A stretch of 58,317 nt of DNA from an uncultured archaeon (GCA_964599215.1 CAZRDV010000005.1:1-58317), one strand, 5' to 3'. Counted from the stretch's first letter, positions 1-9,144 are shown. Notes: generated from the sequence alone by a model not told the origin. Translations and numbers: made by a program.

Positions 1-1
1 G

Positions 2-115
2 CTTGAAGAGGGCGAGCACACAATAAACATCATCTCAGCTGGAAACTCTGTTGAAGAGAAGATTGACATACCTTCAAAATGGGTTGTTGATTTTACTGTA
101 ACAGGGCAAGTGTAG
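2..115 (+). CDS. 3' end of a hypothetical protein running in from the window edge
   Basis: Open frame LEEGEHTINIISAGNSVEEKIDIPSKWVVDFTVTGQV* ending at TAG 113-115, convergent with lig. Confidence 0.5.
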   Translation, partial: LEEGEHTINIISAGNSVEEKIDIPSKWVVDFTVTGQV

Positions 116-124
116 ACAACAGGC

Positions 125-1759
125 TCATTTTCCTCTTCCACGCTGCTGCTTGTATAATTTTTCTATTGTTTTCACAGTGTCGGCATCCTCTGGGTTCTTC
201 TCTTTCTCGCGGAATCTGATTAATCTTGGAAAGCGCAGCGCATAACCAGACGGGTACTTAGGGCTCTTTTGTATCTCCTCGTAAGCAACCTCTACGACGA
301 TCTTCGGCTTCACCTTGACATTCCTTCCATGCTCTTCTGTTATTAGTTTTTTCAGCTTCTTTGTTACTTCTTCCAGCTGCTCTTCTGTTAGCCCTGATCC
401 CATCATGCCTGTTGGCAGAAAATGACTGCCTGAACGTGCTGCCAACAGCAATGAACCGAGCCATCTGGCTCTGTGGCCCTCGCCCCAGGTTGCCCCGATA
501 ATAACAAGGTCAAGCGGTTCCATTATCGGCTTGACTTTAAGCCAGTATCCAACCCGCTTGCCTGGCTGGTAAACTGCATCCAGGTTCTTTACAATAACCC
601 CCTCCTGCCCAAGCTTCAGCGATTTTGTATAGAATTCATTGGCTTTTTCTATGTCCTTTGTTTCTATATGATCTGCTAGTCTGAGATTTTCTGCCTCTTC
701 CAGTACTGACTTTAATTTATTCCACCTCTCTCTCAGGGTCTTCTTCATCAGCGATTTACCGTCAAGATAGATGATATCAAACAGATTGATCTGAACAGGA
801 ATCTCTTTAACCATCTTTTCTATGTCATATTTTCTTTGTATGCGCCGTGAAAGTTGCTGAAAAGGCAGCGGACCATGCCTGCTCAGTGCAAGAACCTCGC
901 CTTCAACTATACATTCGCTGCATTTCAGATTTCTTGCCCAGCGAGCTATCTCAGGAAACTGATTTGTAACATCATCCAGGCGCCTTGAAAATAGTTTTAT
1001 CATGCCTCCTTGTTTGTGGATAGCCATCCTGAAGCCGTCGTACTTTGTTTCCAGTGCAGGAGATTCAAATTCTTTTAGCGCTGCCTCTAGGTTTGGCGAC
1101 CTGTCTGCAAGCATGACCCTTATTGGCCTACCTATTACTATTTCTGTTTTCAGGTTTCCACTCTTGGCCATAACTGCAACTGTTCCATAATTTCCAGTAA
1201 TATCAAAAGCATGCTCCACTTCTTTTGGTTCCTTCTCAAAGGCCTTAGATATCGCGTCTCTTACGATGCCTGCTGCTACGCCAATACGCATTTCTCCAAG
1301 AACTGTTCTAACAATGTAGCGTGCTTCTTTCGGTTCTGCTGAGTGCAGAAGTTCTGCAATCAGGGCTATCTTCTTTTCTTGGCTGCCGCTGCCTTTTACC
1401 TCAGGCAGCTTTACCAGATTCTCAAAGACCTTGGCAACTGTGAGATTCTTTTTTGTCAATGTTCTCTGCCCCTTGTTTTTAACAAAGAATTCAGCTGTTG
1501 AGCCCAGGTCACCGGTCTCACGGAATTTCTTTGTCAGCTCTTTCTCAGAGCAGCCTGTTGACCTCATTATCACCCTTTTCATCATCTCTCTTGCTATGCC
1601 AAGCTCCAGGCTGGTTGAAACAATGCCCATTGACAGTAAAACAACCCGGTTGAGTTCGTCTGAAGACCTGTAGAAATCGCTCAGGATATCCCTCTTCTCT
1701 AGTTTTTTTGTAGTTCCTTCCAGTTTTTCGTACACATCAGCCATTTTCTGGTAGTTCAT
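125..1759 (-). CDS. lig: ATP-dependent DNA ligase
   Basis: Adenylation motif I ETKYDGFR, EGEV, EGVIVK, WLKVK, C-terminal OB domain with LRFPR. Confidence 0.97.
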   Translation of the reverse strand: MNYQKMADVYEKLEGTTKKLEKRDILSDFYRSSDELNRVVLLSMGIVSTSLELGIAREMMKRVIMRSTGCSEKELTKKFRETGDLGSTAEFFVKNKGQRTLTKKNLTVAKVFENLVKLPEVKGSGSQEKKIALIAELLHSAEPKEARYIVRTVLGEMRIGVAAGIVRDAISKAFEKEPKEVEHAFDITGNYGTVAVMAKSGNLKTEIVIGRPIRVMLADRSPNLEAALKEFESPALETKYDGFRMAIHKQGGMIKLFSRRLDDVTNQFPEIARWARNLKCSECIVEGEVLALSRHGPLPFQQLSRRIQRKYDIEKMVKEIPVQINLFDIIYLDGKSLMKKTLRERWNKLKSVLEEAENLRLADHIETKDIEKANEFYTKSLKLGQEGVIVKNLDAVYQPGKRVGYWLKVKPIMEPLDLVIIGATWGEGHRARWLGSLLLAARSGSHFLPTGMMGSGLTEEQLEEVTKKLKKLITEEHGRNVKVKPKIVVEVAYEEIQKSPKYPSGYALRFPRLIRFREKEKNPEDADTVKTIEKLYKQQRGRGK

Positions 1760-1812
1760 GAATTCAAATTATTTGGCAAATATTTAAAATATTTCATTGA
1801 TAAGTATCTTGT

Positions 1813-2394
1813 ATGCTGCTGATTGCTTTTGACGGCCTGGATGGTGCTGGCTTATCAACCCAAGCAGGCATGTTGAGGGATTACTTTCTAAATAAATCAG
1901 TGCCTGTGATACTTACAAAGGAACAGACAGACGGATCCATAGGCGGTCTTATAAAATCCTCCCTTCGGGACGAGTGGAGGACATCGCCCCTGGCTTTGCA
2001 GCTTCTGTTTGCTGCTGACAGGGCCCATCACCTTGCATCTGAAATAGAGCCGGCATTAAAAAAGTCTAATGTTATATGTGACCGTTATATCCTTTCATCA
2101 CTTGCTTTCGGTTCTCTGGAAATAGAGCTGGATTTCATGAAATACATAAACTCTAAATTCATAAAACCTGACCTAAATTTTATAATAGACACCGAACCGC
2201 AGGAATGCATCCGCCGGATAAAAGAATCAAGATTTCACGTAGAGCTATTTGAGGATGAAAAGAAACTTATAGAGATAAGAAAGAAGTTCTTATCCATAAA
2301 GGACACATTTCCCAACACGCATGTTATTGACGGAAACAGGAAAAGAGAAGAGGTGTTCAATGATATAAAGAAAATAGTTGATAACGAATTGTAA
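1813..2394 (+). CDS. tmk: Thymidylate (dTMP) kinase with variant P-loop
   Basis: LLFAADRAHH, VICDRYILSS and TKEQTDG motifs; P-loop reads GLDGAGLST (Leu in place of Lys). Confidence 0.88.
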   Translation: MLLIAFDGLDGAGLSTQAGMLRDYFLNKSVPVILTKEQTDGSIGGLIKSSLRDEWRTSPLALQLLFAADRAHHLASEIEPALKKSNVICDRYILSSLAFGSLEIELDFMKYINSKFIKPDLNFIIDTEPQECIRRIKESRFHVELFEDEKKLIEIRKKFLSIKDTFPNTHVIDGNRKREEVFNDIKKIVDNEL

Positions 2395-2407
2395 TTGCCT
2401 ATTGTGA

Positions 2408-3148
2408 CTATTCCTTTACCCTGGAAAAGAAGAAAGCCAGGGCCTCATTGAACGTATCGAAATATCTTTTCTTGTACCTTCTGTATATATCTAAATCAAA
2501 GGGCACGGCATCTATTAGTTTTCTGCCCTTATAGATTACCTGGGGATGCTTTTCTTTTTTCATCAATGCTCTTATCTCCTTTAGGAGCACGTTTCTTCTA
2601 CTCTCGCCTAACTCTCTGCCTGTTTTTTCACTTATCTCTTTTGGTATCTTCACATACTTTCCAAAATAATCCCTTACCAGAAGTGCAGCAGACAGTTTCT
2701 TTGAAAGGAATTTCCTGAACCTCTCCTTGCTCCTGAAATCAAGGCCTTCTGCTACGTATGCCTCTCCTGGCCTGATACCACTGTAAAACTTCATCGGCAT
2801 TATTATTTCGTTTGAACTATTGCACAATATGCAGTTGAATCTTGGAAATATCTCAAGAATGAGCTTGTTTGAATTGGCCACGAGTTCGACGGAAAGATGC
2901 TTTGAATTAACTTCGCTGACAACCTTATTTCTCAGATACTTTCTCAGTATCAATGCGAATGAAGTTATATTCCTCTTTTTTGAAGCCTTTGCCAGATGGA
3001 TAGAAAACTGAGAAAATAACAATTCCATGCTGCCAATCACAAACCTCATTTCGTCGTCATTGTGATATATATTCTCTATTTTCTTGCCTCTGATTGATTT
3101 TAACTCGTCTACCACATATTTTAATTCAGGAACTGTTATCCTCTTCAT
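2408..3148 (-). CDS. NFACT-N / Rqc2-like protein, N-terminal part only
   Basis: ELKSIRGKKIENIY, FALILRKYLRNK, LILEIFPRFNCILC and terminal YFDTFNEALAFFF resemble the NFACT-N region; only 246 aa. Confidence 0.6.
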   Translation of the reverse strand: MKRITVPELKYVVDELKSIRGKKIENIYHNDDEMRFVIGSMELLFSQFSIHLAKASKKRNITSFALILRKYLRNKVVSEVNSKHLSVELVANSNKLILEIFPRFNCILCNSSNEIIMPMKFYSGIRPGEAYVAEGLDFRSKERFRKFLSKKLSAALLVRDYFGKYVKIPKEISEKTGRELGESRRNVLLKEIRALMKKEKHPQVIYKGRKLIDAVPFDLDIYRRYKKRYFDTFNEALAFFFSRVKE

Positions 3149-3626
3149 TCTTTACACCAGCAAGCTTCTTGATCTCTTCACGCTTTGCACCAAAGTATTC
3201 CTCAAAGTGCGGTGTAGTTTTCAGCAGCTTTGTTCTACTTTTTCGCTCGCTTTTTATAAGCCCCCTCATTTCCAGGGTTTTAATATAATCATAAGTCCTG
3301 TTGCCGATGACCTTTACTATCTCAGACTGCTTCACTGGTTCGTGATACGCTATTATTGACAATACACGTAACAAACCGCGCGACAGGTCAGCATGCGGCG
3401 TCAGATGACCTACGTTATCCATAAACTCTTCTTTCACGATAAGCTTGTAGCCCCCTGTTTCCGAGAGTTTTATCCCTGTACCAGGACTAGAATACCTTTC
3501 CCTGAGCTGGGCTAAAAGGGATTCTATATCTTCTTTTTTTAATTTAAGGTTCTTCTCCAGGTCTTCCATGCTTAACGGCTCGGAAGAGGTGAATAGAACT
3601 GCCTCGAGTAGTGCGAGTTTTTTCAT
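3126..3626 (-). CDS. scpB: SMC-ScpAB complex subunit ScpB
   Basis: LEAVLFTSSEPL, VLSIIAYHEPVKQSEI, TTPHFEEYFG. Confidence 0.95.
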   Translation of the reverse strand: MKKLALLEAVLFTSSEPLSMEDLEKNLKLKKEDIESLLAQLRERYSSPGTGIKLSETGGYKLIVKEEFMDNVGHLTPHADLSRGLLRVLSIIAYHEPVKQSEIVKVIGNRTYDYIKTLEMRGLIKSERKSRTKLLKTTPHFEEYFGAKREEIKKLAGVKNEEDNSS

Positions 3627-3698
3627 GAACCCACTTGATTTTATATATACATTCCTAGAATTAATAGCTTTGCAGAAATCCTAAAGCAGAGATTAAAT

Positions 3699-3842
3699 TT
3701 ATCTTCTTCTCTTCTGGTACCTGGTACTCTTATTTACGGCATCAGCCTTGGATAGCAGGTATATCATGCCGCCCAGGCAGACAAGGAAAATGCCAATGCC
3801 AACAGGCCCTGACCATCCCAACACCAAGAACAGATCTCCCAT
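3699..3842 (-). CDS. 47-aa single-TM microprotein (below ORF-track cutoff)
   Basis: MGDLFLVLGWSGPVGIGIFLVCLGGMIYLLSKADAVNKSTRYQKRRR; strong SD GAGGTGA upstream of ATG; hydrophobic helix plus basic tail. Confidence 0.6.
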   Translation of the reverse strand: MGDLFLVLGWSGPVGIGIFLVCLGGMIYLLSKADAVNKSTRYQKRRR

Positions 3843-3900
3843 TTCACTCACCTCATCTCTATAGATATGGGTGAATTCTTATTTAAAATTATAAATTAAA

Positions 3901-4080
3901 TCATTGAAAGAACACTTTAGTTCCCATAATTTTGTTTCTGATTTCAATTGGATTCAATTCATTACCTTTTATCTTACGAAATATTTCAAATAATTGATGA
4001 GTTGTTAGTACTAATATTTTACTACTGCCTCTTTCAATATATTTTATTACATTATCAGGAAATGGTTCGCTTCCATTATC
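3901..4080 (-). pseudogene. AT-rich start-less gene remnant (59 codons)
   Basis: Open frame DNGSEPFPDNVIKYIERGSSKILVLTTHQLFEIFRKIKGNELNPIEIRNKIMGTKVFFQ*, bounded upstream by a TGA inside the scpA 3' end, with no usable start; visibly AT-richer than its flanks. Confidence 0.4.
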
Positions 4081-4726
4081 TCAGGCTAATGTAAATCTCC
4101 TTGAAGAATTCTTCCTGCTCGCAGGATATCTTGCTCCTGTGCATAAGGTAGAGCAAAGGCAGAAACGTCTTAACAATCTCCTTCCTTCTCCACACAGGAA
4201 CTATGTCAGAAAACTTTCTTTTTCCACGGAGGATCTCGTCAAAGACCTCCTTTATTTTTGCCTCGACGTCTTCAGCTGGCTCTATAAGCTCTTCAGCTGC
4301 TTTTCTTATCCTCAGCTTCTTCGTCTCTTTCTTTTCTTTGAAGGTAAAGGCCTTGTTCAGCGCAGTTACTAATTCATCTAAGCTCACTTTCCTTGTTGTT
4401 TTTCTCATGATAGGCGGCGATAGCAGCGGGACTTCTATGTTCAGTTCCGGAGTCGTGCTTCCTTCTATCTTCTCTTTCTTCATCTCCTCTTCCAGCAGCA
4501 GCTCGCACTTCATCCTCAGAAGAATTGCAGCTATCAAAACAAACCTAGCAGGGACCCTGAAATCAAACTCCTTTATCCTGCTTAGGTATATCATGAACGA
4601 ATCAGATAATTTTACTATATCAACAGACATGGGATCCATTCCCTCCTCTACTACAAGATCTGCAAGCACCTCCTGCCAGTCTGAGCCCAGGACTATGGTC
4701 CTTATCATCTTGTTTTCGTCTATCAT
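4076..4726 (-). CDS. scpA: Kleisin ScpA
   Basis: MDPMSVDIVKL, FVLIAAILLRMKCELLL, C-terminal winged helix FLPLLYL...QEEFFKEIYI; start ATG 4726 overlaps the Nudix TGA (ATGA). Confidence 0.92.
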   Translation of the reverse strand: MIDENKMIRTIVLGSDWQEVLADLVVEEGMDPMSVDIVKLSDSFMIYLSRIKEFDFRVPARFVLIAAILLRMKCELLLEEEMKKEKIEGSTTPELNIEVPLLSPPIMRKTTRKVSLDELVTALNKAFTFKEKKETKKLRIRKAAEELIEPAEDVEAKIKEVFDEILRGKRKFSDIVPVWRRKEIVKTFLPLLYLMHRSKISCEQEEFFKEIYISLR

Positions 4727-5121
4727 AACGCAACACCCAGGGTTTCCAAGTCCTTGTGCATACCTGGAACACAATCATATCTTGCTATATCTTCTACTTT
4801 AGTCCACCTGTAATCTACGTGCTCTGCATCTAATTTTATCTCCCCGCCTAGGATTTCACATAAATAAGGATATACCAACCATTTCATTGAAATTTCATCA
4901 TCTATATCAACAAACGCTTTTCCTTTCCTAATGATATGATAATCGATTATCCCCAGCCTCTCCTTAATGGCTCTTTCTAGACAGGTCTCAGGATTTTCTG
5001 ACAACTGGATTTCTTCAGAAAGAACGTTCCATTTGTTTGAATAGTCCTTTCTGTGTTCGCTTCTTTTCAATAAAAGTATCTCATCTCCTCTTACAAAGAC
5101 CCCGGCAACAATTTTTAACAT
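4723..5121 (-). CDS. Nudix-fold protein with degenerate Nudix box
   Basis: ILLLKRS...KWNVL, ENPETCLERAIKERLG, IKLDAEHVDYRW. Confidence 0.75.
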   Translation of the reverse strand: MLKIVAGVFVRGDEILLLKRSEHRKDYSNKWNVLSEEIQLSENPETCLERAIKERLGIIDYHIIRKGKAFVDIDDEISMKWLVYPYLCEILGGEIKLDAEHVDYRWTKVEDIARYDCVPGMHKDLETLGVAL

Positions 5122-5126
5122 GTTAA

Positions 5127-7499
5127 TCAGCTCTTTGGCATTTCTATGCCGAACACCTTTGATACGCCGTCTTCCATGGATACTCCGAAGACCTTGTCTG
5201 CCTCCTGTATGGTGTTATCATTGTGAGTTATTACTATGAACTGGTTCTCTTTTGAATATTTCTTTATAACATCCACAATCTTCCTTGTATTAGGCTTGTC
5301 CAATGCTGCATCCACCTCATCCAGTATGTAGAACGGAGCCGCATAGTGCTGCATTACAGCAAACAGGAACGCCAGCGATGTCAGGGTCTTTTCCCCGCCT
5401 GACATAGAATCCAGATTCAGGACTCTCTTGCCCTCAGGCGAGGCCTCGATTATAAGGCCTGAGTCTATATTGCCCTCTTCTTCCAGCCGCAGGACACCGT
5501 AGCCGTTGACCAGGTCCTTGTATATAGTTGAGAAGTTATCTGTTATCTCTTTCAGGGTTGACATGAACTTATCAAACCTTTTTTTCTCAACCTCATGGAC
5601 AACCCTCATGACGCTTTCCTTCTCTTCCAGCAGCTTGTCAAGCTTTTCCTTGAGCTGCACGAACTCGACGTTTAATACCTTGTATTCTTCTATTGCCTTC
5701 ATGTTTATTGGGCCAAGCTTGTTTATTTCTATTGTGCAAGTTCTGACTCTCTCCTGAAGCTCTTCCACGCTCTGGTTAAAGAACCTGTCAATATTATATT
5801 CTTTTAGTTCGTTTTTTAGGCTCTCCAGGCTTGCCTCTATCTTGGCTTTCTCTATATTAACCCTGCTCAGCTTGCCCTGAAGCTCGATCTTCTCTTCATA
5901 GAGCTCCTTTCTTTTTTTCCTAAGGCCCTCAATACTGCTCTCAAGCTTGTTTTTAGTCTCCTCTATTTTTCTAACCTCTTCTGACTCCTCTTTTTCCCTG
6001 CTTCTTAATTCACCGAACTCCTTTTCCAGCTTGAGAATCTCTTCCCTCATCCTCTGGTTTTCACTGCTCAACCTGCCTGAATCGAATTTCTTTTCTTTGA
6101 AATAACCACCGAGCATTGCACCGGATTCCTCGATAAGGTCACCGTCTAGAGTTACCGTTCTTATATCAGATACCTTGACAGAATCTATGTTCTCCACGAC
6201 TATGGTTGAACCGAGCACATACTCGATTGCAGAAGAAAACTTCTCATCGAACTTTATAAGGTCTATTGCATAACCGATCATTTCTTTGCACGGTTTTTTC
6301 CCACGACCCTTTATGCTGTTCAGCGGCAGGAATCTTGCCCTGCCTATTTGTTTTTCTTTCAGCAGTTTTATGCACTTCTTTGCTGTCTCGTCTGTAGAAA
6401 CTATTATGTCGCTGTCGTGCCTTCCCATTGCTACGCTAAGTGCTGTAGAATATTTCTTGGGTATTGACACGAGACTAGATACGGTTCCATACACGCCGTC
6501 CATCCCGAGCTTCAGAATCTCCCTGACTGCAATATTATGGAACCTGCTGATCTCCCTTTCATTTAATTCTATCCTGTCCTTTCTTCTTATGATCTCTGTC
6601 TTTATTTCATCCATCCTCTTCATTGTTTCATAGTCCTTGCTCTTCTGTATTATTTCGTCACCCATCCTGCGTATATCCTGTTCCTTTTTTTCAAGAGACT
6701 TTTCTGCCTCATTCAGCTCTGAATCAATCTTGTTAAACCGTTCCTCATCTGCCTTGCTTTTTTCAAGCTCTTTAATCCTGCTTTCATCCTCGGTTATCCT
6801 CTTGTTGAGCAGGGATGCCTTTGCCTTCCTCAGCTCACTGTCCAGCTTCAGGTACTTTTCTGTGCTCTCCTTCTCTCTCTTCAGCCTGTCTACCAGCCTT
6901 TCTTTCTCAGCAACTATTATCATGTTCTCCCTTACACGGTTCTCGACTTTCTCCATCTCCCTCTGGGCCTTCTCTTTCTTGTCGTCAAACTCAGCTATGC
7001 CTGATATGTCATCTATTATGCCCCGTCGCTCCATAGGGCCCATCTCTATAATCTTTGTGACATCGCCCTGCATTATTATATTGTGGCCTTCAGGCGAAAG
7101 ATTTGCATTGGCCAATAAATCTATAACCTTTGCTTTGGGAACTGTCCTTCCGTTAAGCTTGTAGACTGAGATGCCGCTCCTGCTTATTCTTCTCAGTATT
7201 TTTACCTCCTTCTCGTCAACAGGTATCTTTCCATCGCTGTTATCTACGTAGAGTAAAACTTCACAGCTATCAGAAGGTTTTTTGTTTGCGCCTCCGTTGA
7301 AAATAAGGCCCTGTAGTTTCTGGGCCCTTATTGTTCTGGCTGACGTTGTACCTAGCACAAATGTTAGCGCGTCACAAACATTGCTTTTGCCTGAACCGTT
7401 AGGACCACAAACCACTGTAAAGCCCGTGGTGAAGGGTATGGTTACCCTGTTTGCAAAGGACTTGAAGCCCTGCATTGTCATTTTCTCGATCCTTACCAC
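5127..7499 (-). CDS. smc: Chromosome segregation protein SMC, short-armed (790 aa)
   Basis: Walker A GPNGSGKSN, Q-loop IIMQGDV, hinge GVYGTVSSL...GRARFLPL, signature MSGGEK, Walker B/D-loop ILDEVDAALD. Confidence 0.97.
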   Translation of the reverse strand: MVRIEKMTMQGFKSFANRVTIPFTTGFTVVCGPNGSGKSNVCDALTFVLGTTSARTIRAQKLQGLIFNGGANKKPSDSCEVLLYVDNSDGKIPVDEKEVKILRRISRSGISVYKLNGRTVPKAKVIDLLANANLSPEGHNIIMQGDVTKIIEMGPMERRGIIDDISGIAEFDDKKEKAQREMEKVENRVRENMIIVAEKERLVDRLKREKESTEKYLKLDSELRKAKASLLNKRITEDESRIKELEKSKADEERFNKIDSELNEAEKSLEKKEQDIRRMGDEIIQKSKDYETMKRMDEIKTEIIRRKDRIELNEREISRFHNIAVREILKLGMDGVYGTVSSLVSIPKKYSTALSVAMGRHDSDIIVSTDETAKKCIKLLKEKQIGRARFLPLNSIKGRGKKPCKEMIGYAIDLIKFDEKFSSAIEYVLGSTIVVENIDSVKVSDIRTVTLDGDLIEESGAMLGGYFKEKKFDSGRLSSENQRMREEILKLEKEFGELRSREKEESEEVRKIEETKNKLESSIEGLRKKRKELYEEKIELQGKLSRVNIEKAKIEASLESLKNELKEYNIDRFFNQSVEELQERVRTCTIEINKLGPINMKAIEEYKVLNVEFVQLKEKLDKLLEEKESVMRVVHEVEKKRFDKFMSTLKEITDNFSTIYKDLVNGYGVLRLEEEGNIDSGLIIEASPEGKRVLNLDSMSGGEKTLTSLAFLFAVMQHYAAPFYILDEVDAALDKPNTRKIVDVIKKYSKENQFIVITHNDNTIQEADKVFGVSMEDGVSKVFGIEMPKS

Positions 7500-7500
7500 A

Positions 7501-7647
7501 TTATCGCCTCTTCTTGTTATTTAATTTTTCGTATATAGCGTTGTTTACAAATGCCGCTATTGAAGGGTAATGGTATCTGTTTTCCTCCTTATCAATAAAT
7601 GACCTTATCTCCTTCAGAAGCCTGTCAGCAACCCTCACGACAGCCAT
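7501..7647 (-). CDS. 48-aa ribbon-helix-helix (CopG/Arc/MetJ-like) protein, not in ORF track
   Basis: MAVVRVADRLLKEIRSFIDKEENRYHYPSIAAFVNNAIYEKLNNKKRR: alternating beta strand, helix A, S-x-A-x-F-V-x-x-A-I helix B; TAA ends 1 nt before the smc GTG. Confidence 0.7.
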   Translation of the reverse strand: MAVVRVADRLLKEIRSFIDKEENRYHYPSIAAFVNNAIYEKLNNKKRR

Positions 7648-7660
7648 AAAGACACACGTA

Positions 7661-7700
7661 ACATATAATTACAATATGATACATATAGTAACTTAATATA
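7661..7700. repeat. Four degenerate 10-bp-phased repeats upstream of the RHH gene
   Basis: ACATATAATT / ACAATATGAT / ACATATAGTA / ACTTAATATA; ACATATA recurs exactly at 7661 and 7681. Confidence 0.4.
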
Positions 7701-7725
7701 TAAAGTTTCTTATAGCCTGGATAGG

Positions 7726-7733
7726 TTTATATA
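7726..7733 (+). promoter_or_regulatory. TATA box for the ferritin-like/sod unit
   Basis: TTTATATA about 30 nt upstream of ATG 7765; SD AGGTG before the start. Confidence 0.55.
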
Positions 7734-7764
7734 TTTTAAAATTAGCTATAGGATAGGTGTTGAA

Positions 7765-8046
7765 ATGCTATCGAAAATACCAATCGAACTTGGTAAGGTA
7801 AAGAAAGAGGACCTTGACAACGAAATCCTGCGTGTGGGCATAATAGCAGAGCTGGATGCAGTAAATCTCTATGAGCAGCTGGCAGCTATGACTGGAAATG
7901 AAGGCATAAGAAAGATGCTTCTGGACATAGCAAAGGAAGAGAAGACACATGTTGGTGAATTTCAGGCACTTCTGCTGAAAAAAGACAGCGAACAGGTAAA
8001 GGAGCTGGAAGAAGGCAGAAAGGAAGTGGAAGAATTAACAGAGTAA
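7765..8046 (+). CDS. Ferritin-like protein (EncFtn/Flp-like half four-helix bundle)
   Basis: AELDAVNLYEQ and EEKTHVGEF di-iron motifs in 93 aa. Confidence 0.85.
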   Translation: MLSKIPIELGKVKKEDLDNEILRVGIIAELDAVNLYEQLAAMTGNEGIRKMLLDIAKEEKTHVGEFQALLLKKDSEQVKELEEGRKEVEELTE

Positions 8047-8070
8047 CTGACAAATAAAATTAGAAATCTG

Positions 8071-8655
8071 ATGACTATGGCATATCTTCAATTGCCTGAA
8101 CTGCCTTATGGCTACAAGGATCTGGAGCCATATATATCTGAAGAGCAGCTAAAACTGCACCACCAAAAGCATCATCAGGCTTATGTCAATTCTGCCAATG
8201 CACTGCTAGAGAAACTGGAAAAGGCAAGAAGGGATAATACAGAGATTGATATCAAATCCACACTAAAGGAACTCTCTTTTCATGTCGGAGGCCATGTACT
8301 GCACTCATTGTTCTGGAGGAATCTGAAGCCGGGCAAGCAGATTGGCGTAATAAAAAACTCCATAGAAAAGGAGTTTGGGAGTTTTGAACGTTTCAAGAAA
8401 GAGTTCACCCAGGCAGCTACTGGTGTGGAGGGTTCTGGCTGGGCAGCACTTGCTATGGACAATACAGGACGGCTGGTCATAATGCAGATAGAGAAACACA
8501 ATGTCAATATCTATCCAGGATTCAGGCTATTGATGGTCCTGGACGTCTGGGAGCATGCGTACTATCTTGACTACAAGAACAACAGAGCAGGATTTGTTGA
8601 TGCATTCTGGAATATCGTGAACTGGGACGAAGTAGGCAGGCGACTTAACGAGTAG
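8071..8655 (+). CDS. sod: Fe/Mn superoxide dismutase
   Basis: [35 protein letters not shown]. Confidence 0.97.
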   Translation: MTMAYLQLPELPYGYKDLEPYISEEQLKLHHQKHHQAYVNSANALLEKLEKARRDNTEIDIKSTLKELSFHVGGHVLHSLFWRNLKPGKQIGVIKNSIEKEFGSFERFKKEFTQAATGVEGSGWAALAMDNTGRLVIMQIEKHNVNIYPGFRLLMVLDVWEHAYYLDYKNNRAGFVDAFWNIVNWDEVGRRLNE

Positions 8656-8656
8656 C

Positions 8657-9094
8657 TTATCTACTGTAAAGCCCTATCAGCTGGCCTTTTGCAATGATGT
8701 GGTTCTTCATTGCCTCTGTTACATCTTTTTTTCTTGCACTGCTGTCAAGGTCCAGTTTTGTATCCAGTGCATACACCTTGAAAAAATATCTGTGGGTGCC
8801 TGATGGCGGGCAGGGGCCGCCGTAAGAAGTCTTGTTAAAGCTGTTCATACCCTCTTTACCAGGAACACTGTTTTCAGCTATTTCTCCTGCAGGAGGGATA
8901 TTCCATACAATCCAGTGGTCCCATGTTCCCATTGGAGCATCAGGGTCGTCGACAATCAGAACAAGGCTTTCTGTTTTCTCAGGGATTGCTTCAATTATCA
9001 ATGGAGGATTTACATCCTCGCTGTCGCATGTGTACTTTTTTGGTATGTTTCTGTTATTCTGGAATGCAGAACTCTTTACAACCAGTTCTTCCAT
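8657..9094 (-). CDS. YbhB/YbcL family PEBP-like protein
   Basis: DDPDAP..WDHWIVWNI, YGGPCPPSGTHRYFFKVYALD. Confidence 0.93.
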   Translation of the reverse strand: MEELVVKSSAFQNNRNIPKKYTCDSEDVNPPLIIEAIPEKTESLVLIVDDPDAPMGTWDHWIVWNIPPAGEIAENSVPGKEGMNSFNKTSYGGPCPPSGTHRYFFKVYALDTKLDLDSSARKKDVTEAMKNHIIAKGQLIGLYSR

Positions 9095-9144
9095 AAAATT
9101 AAACCGCGCTGTATATATTTAAAGAATACCAGCCAACCTTCATT

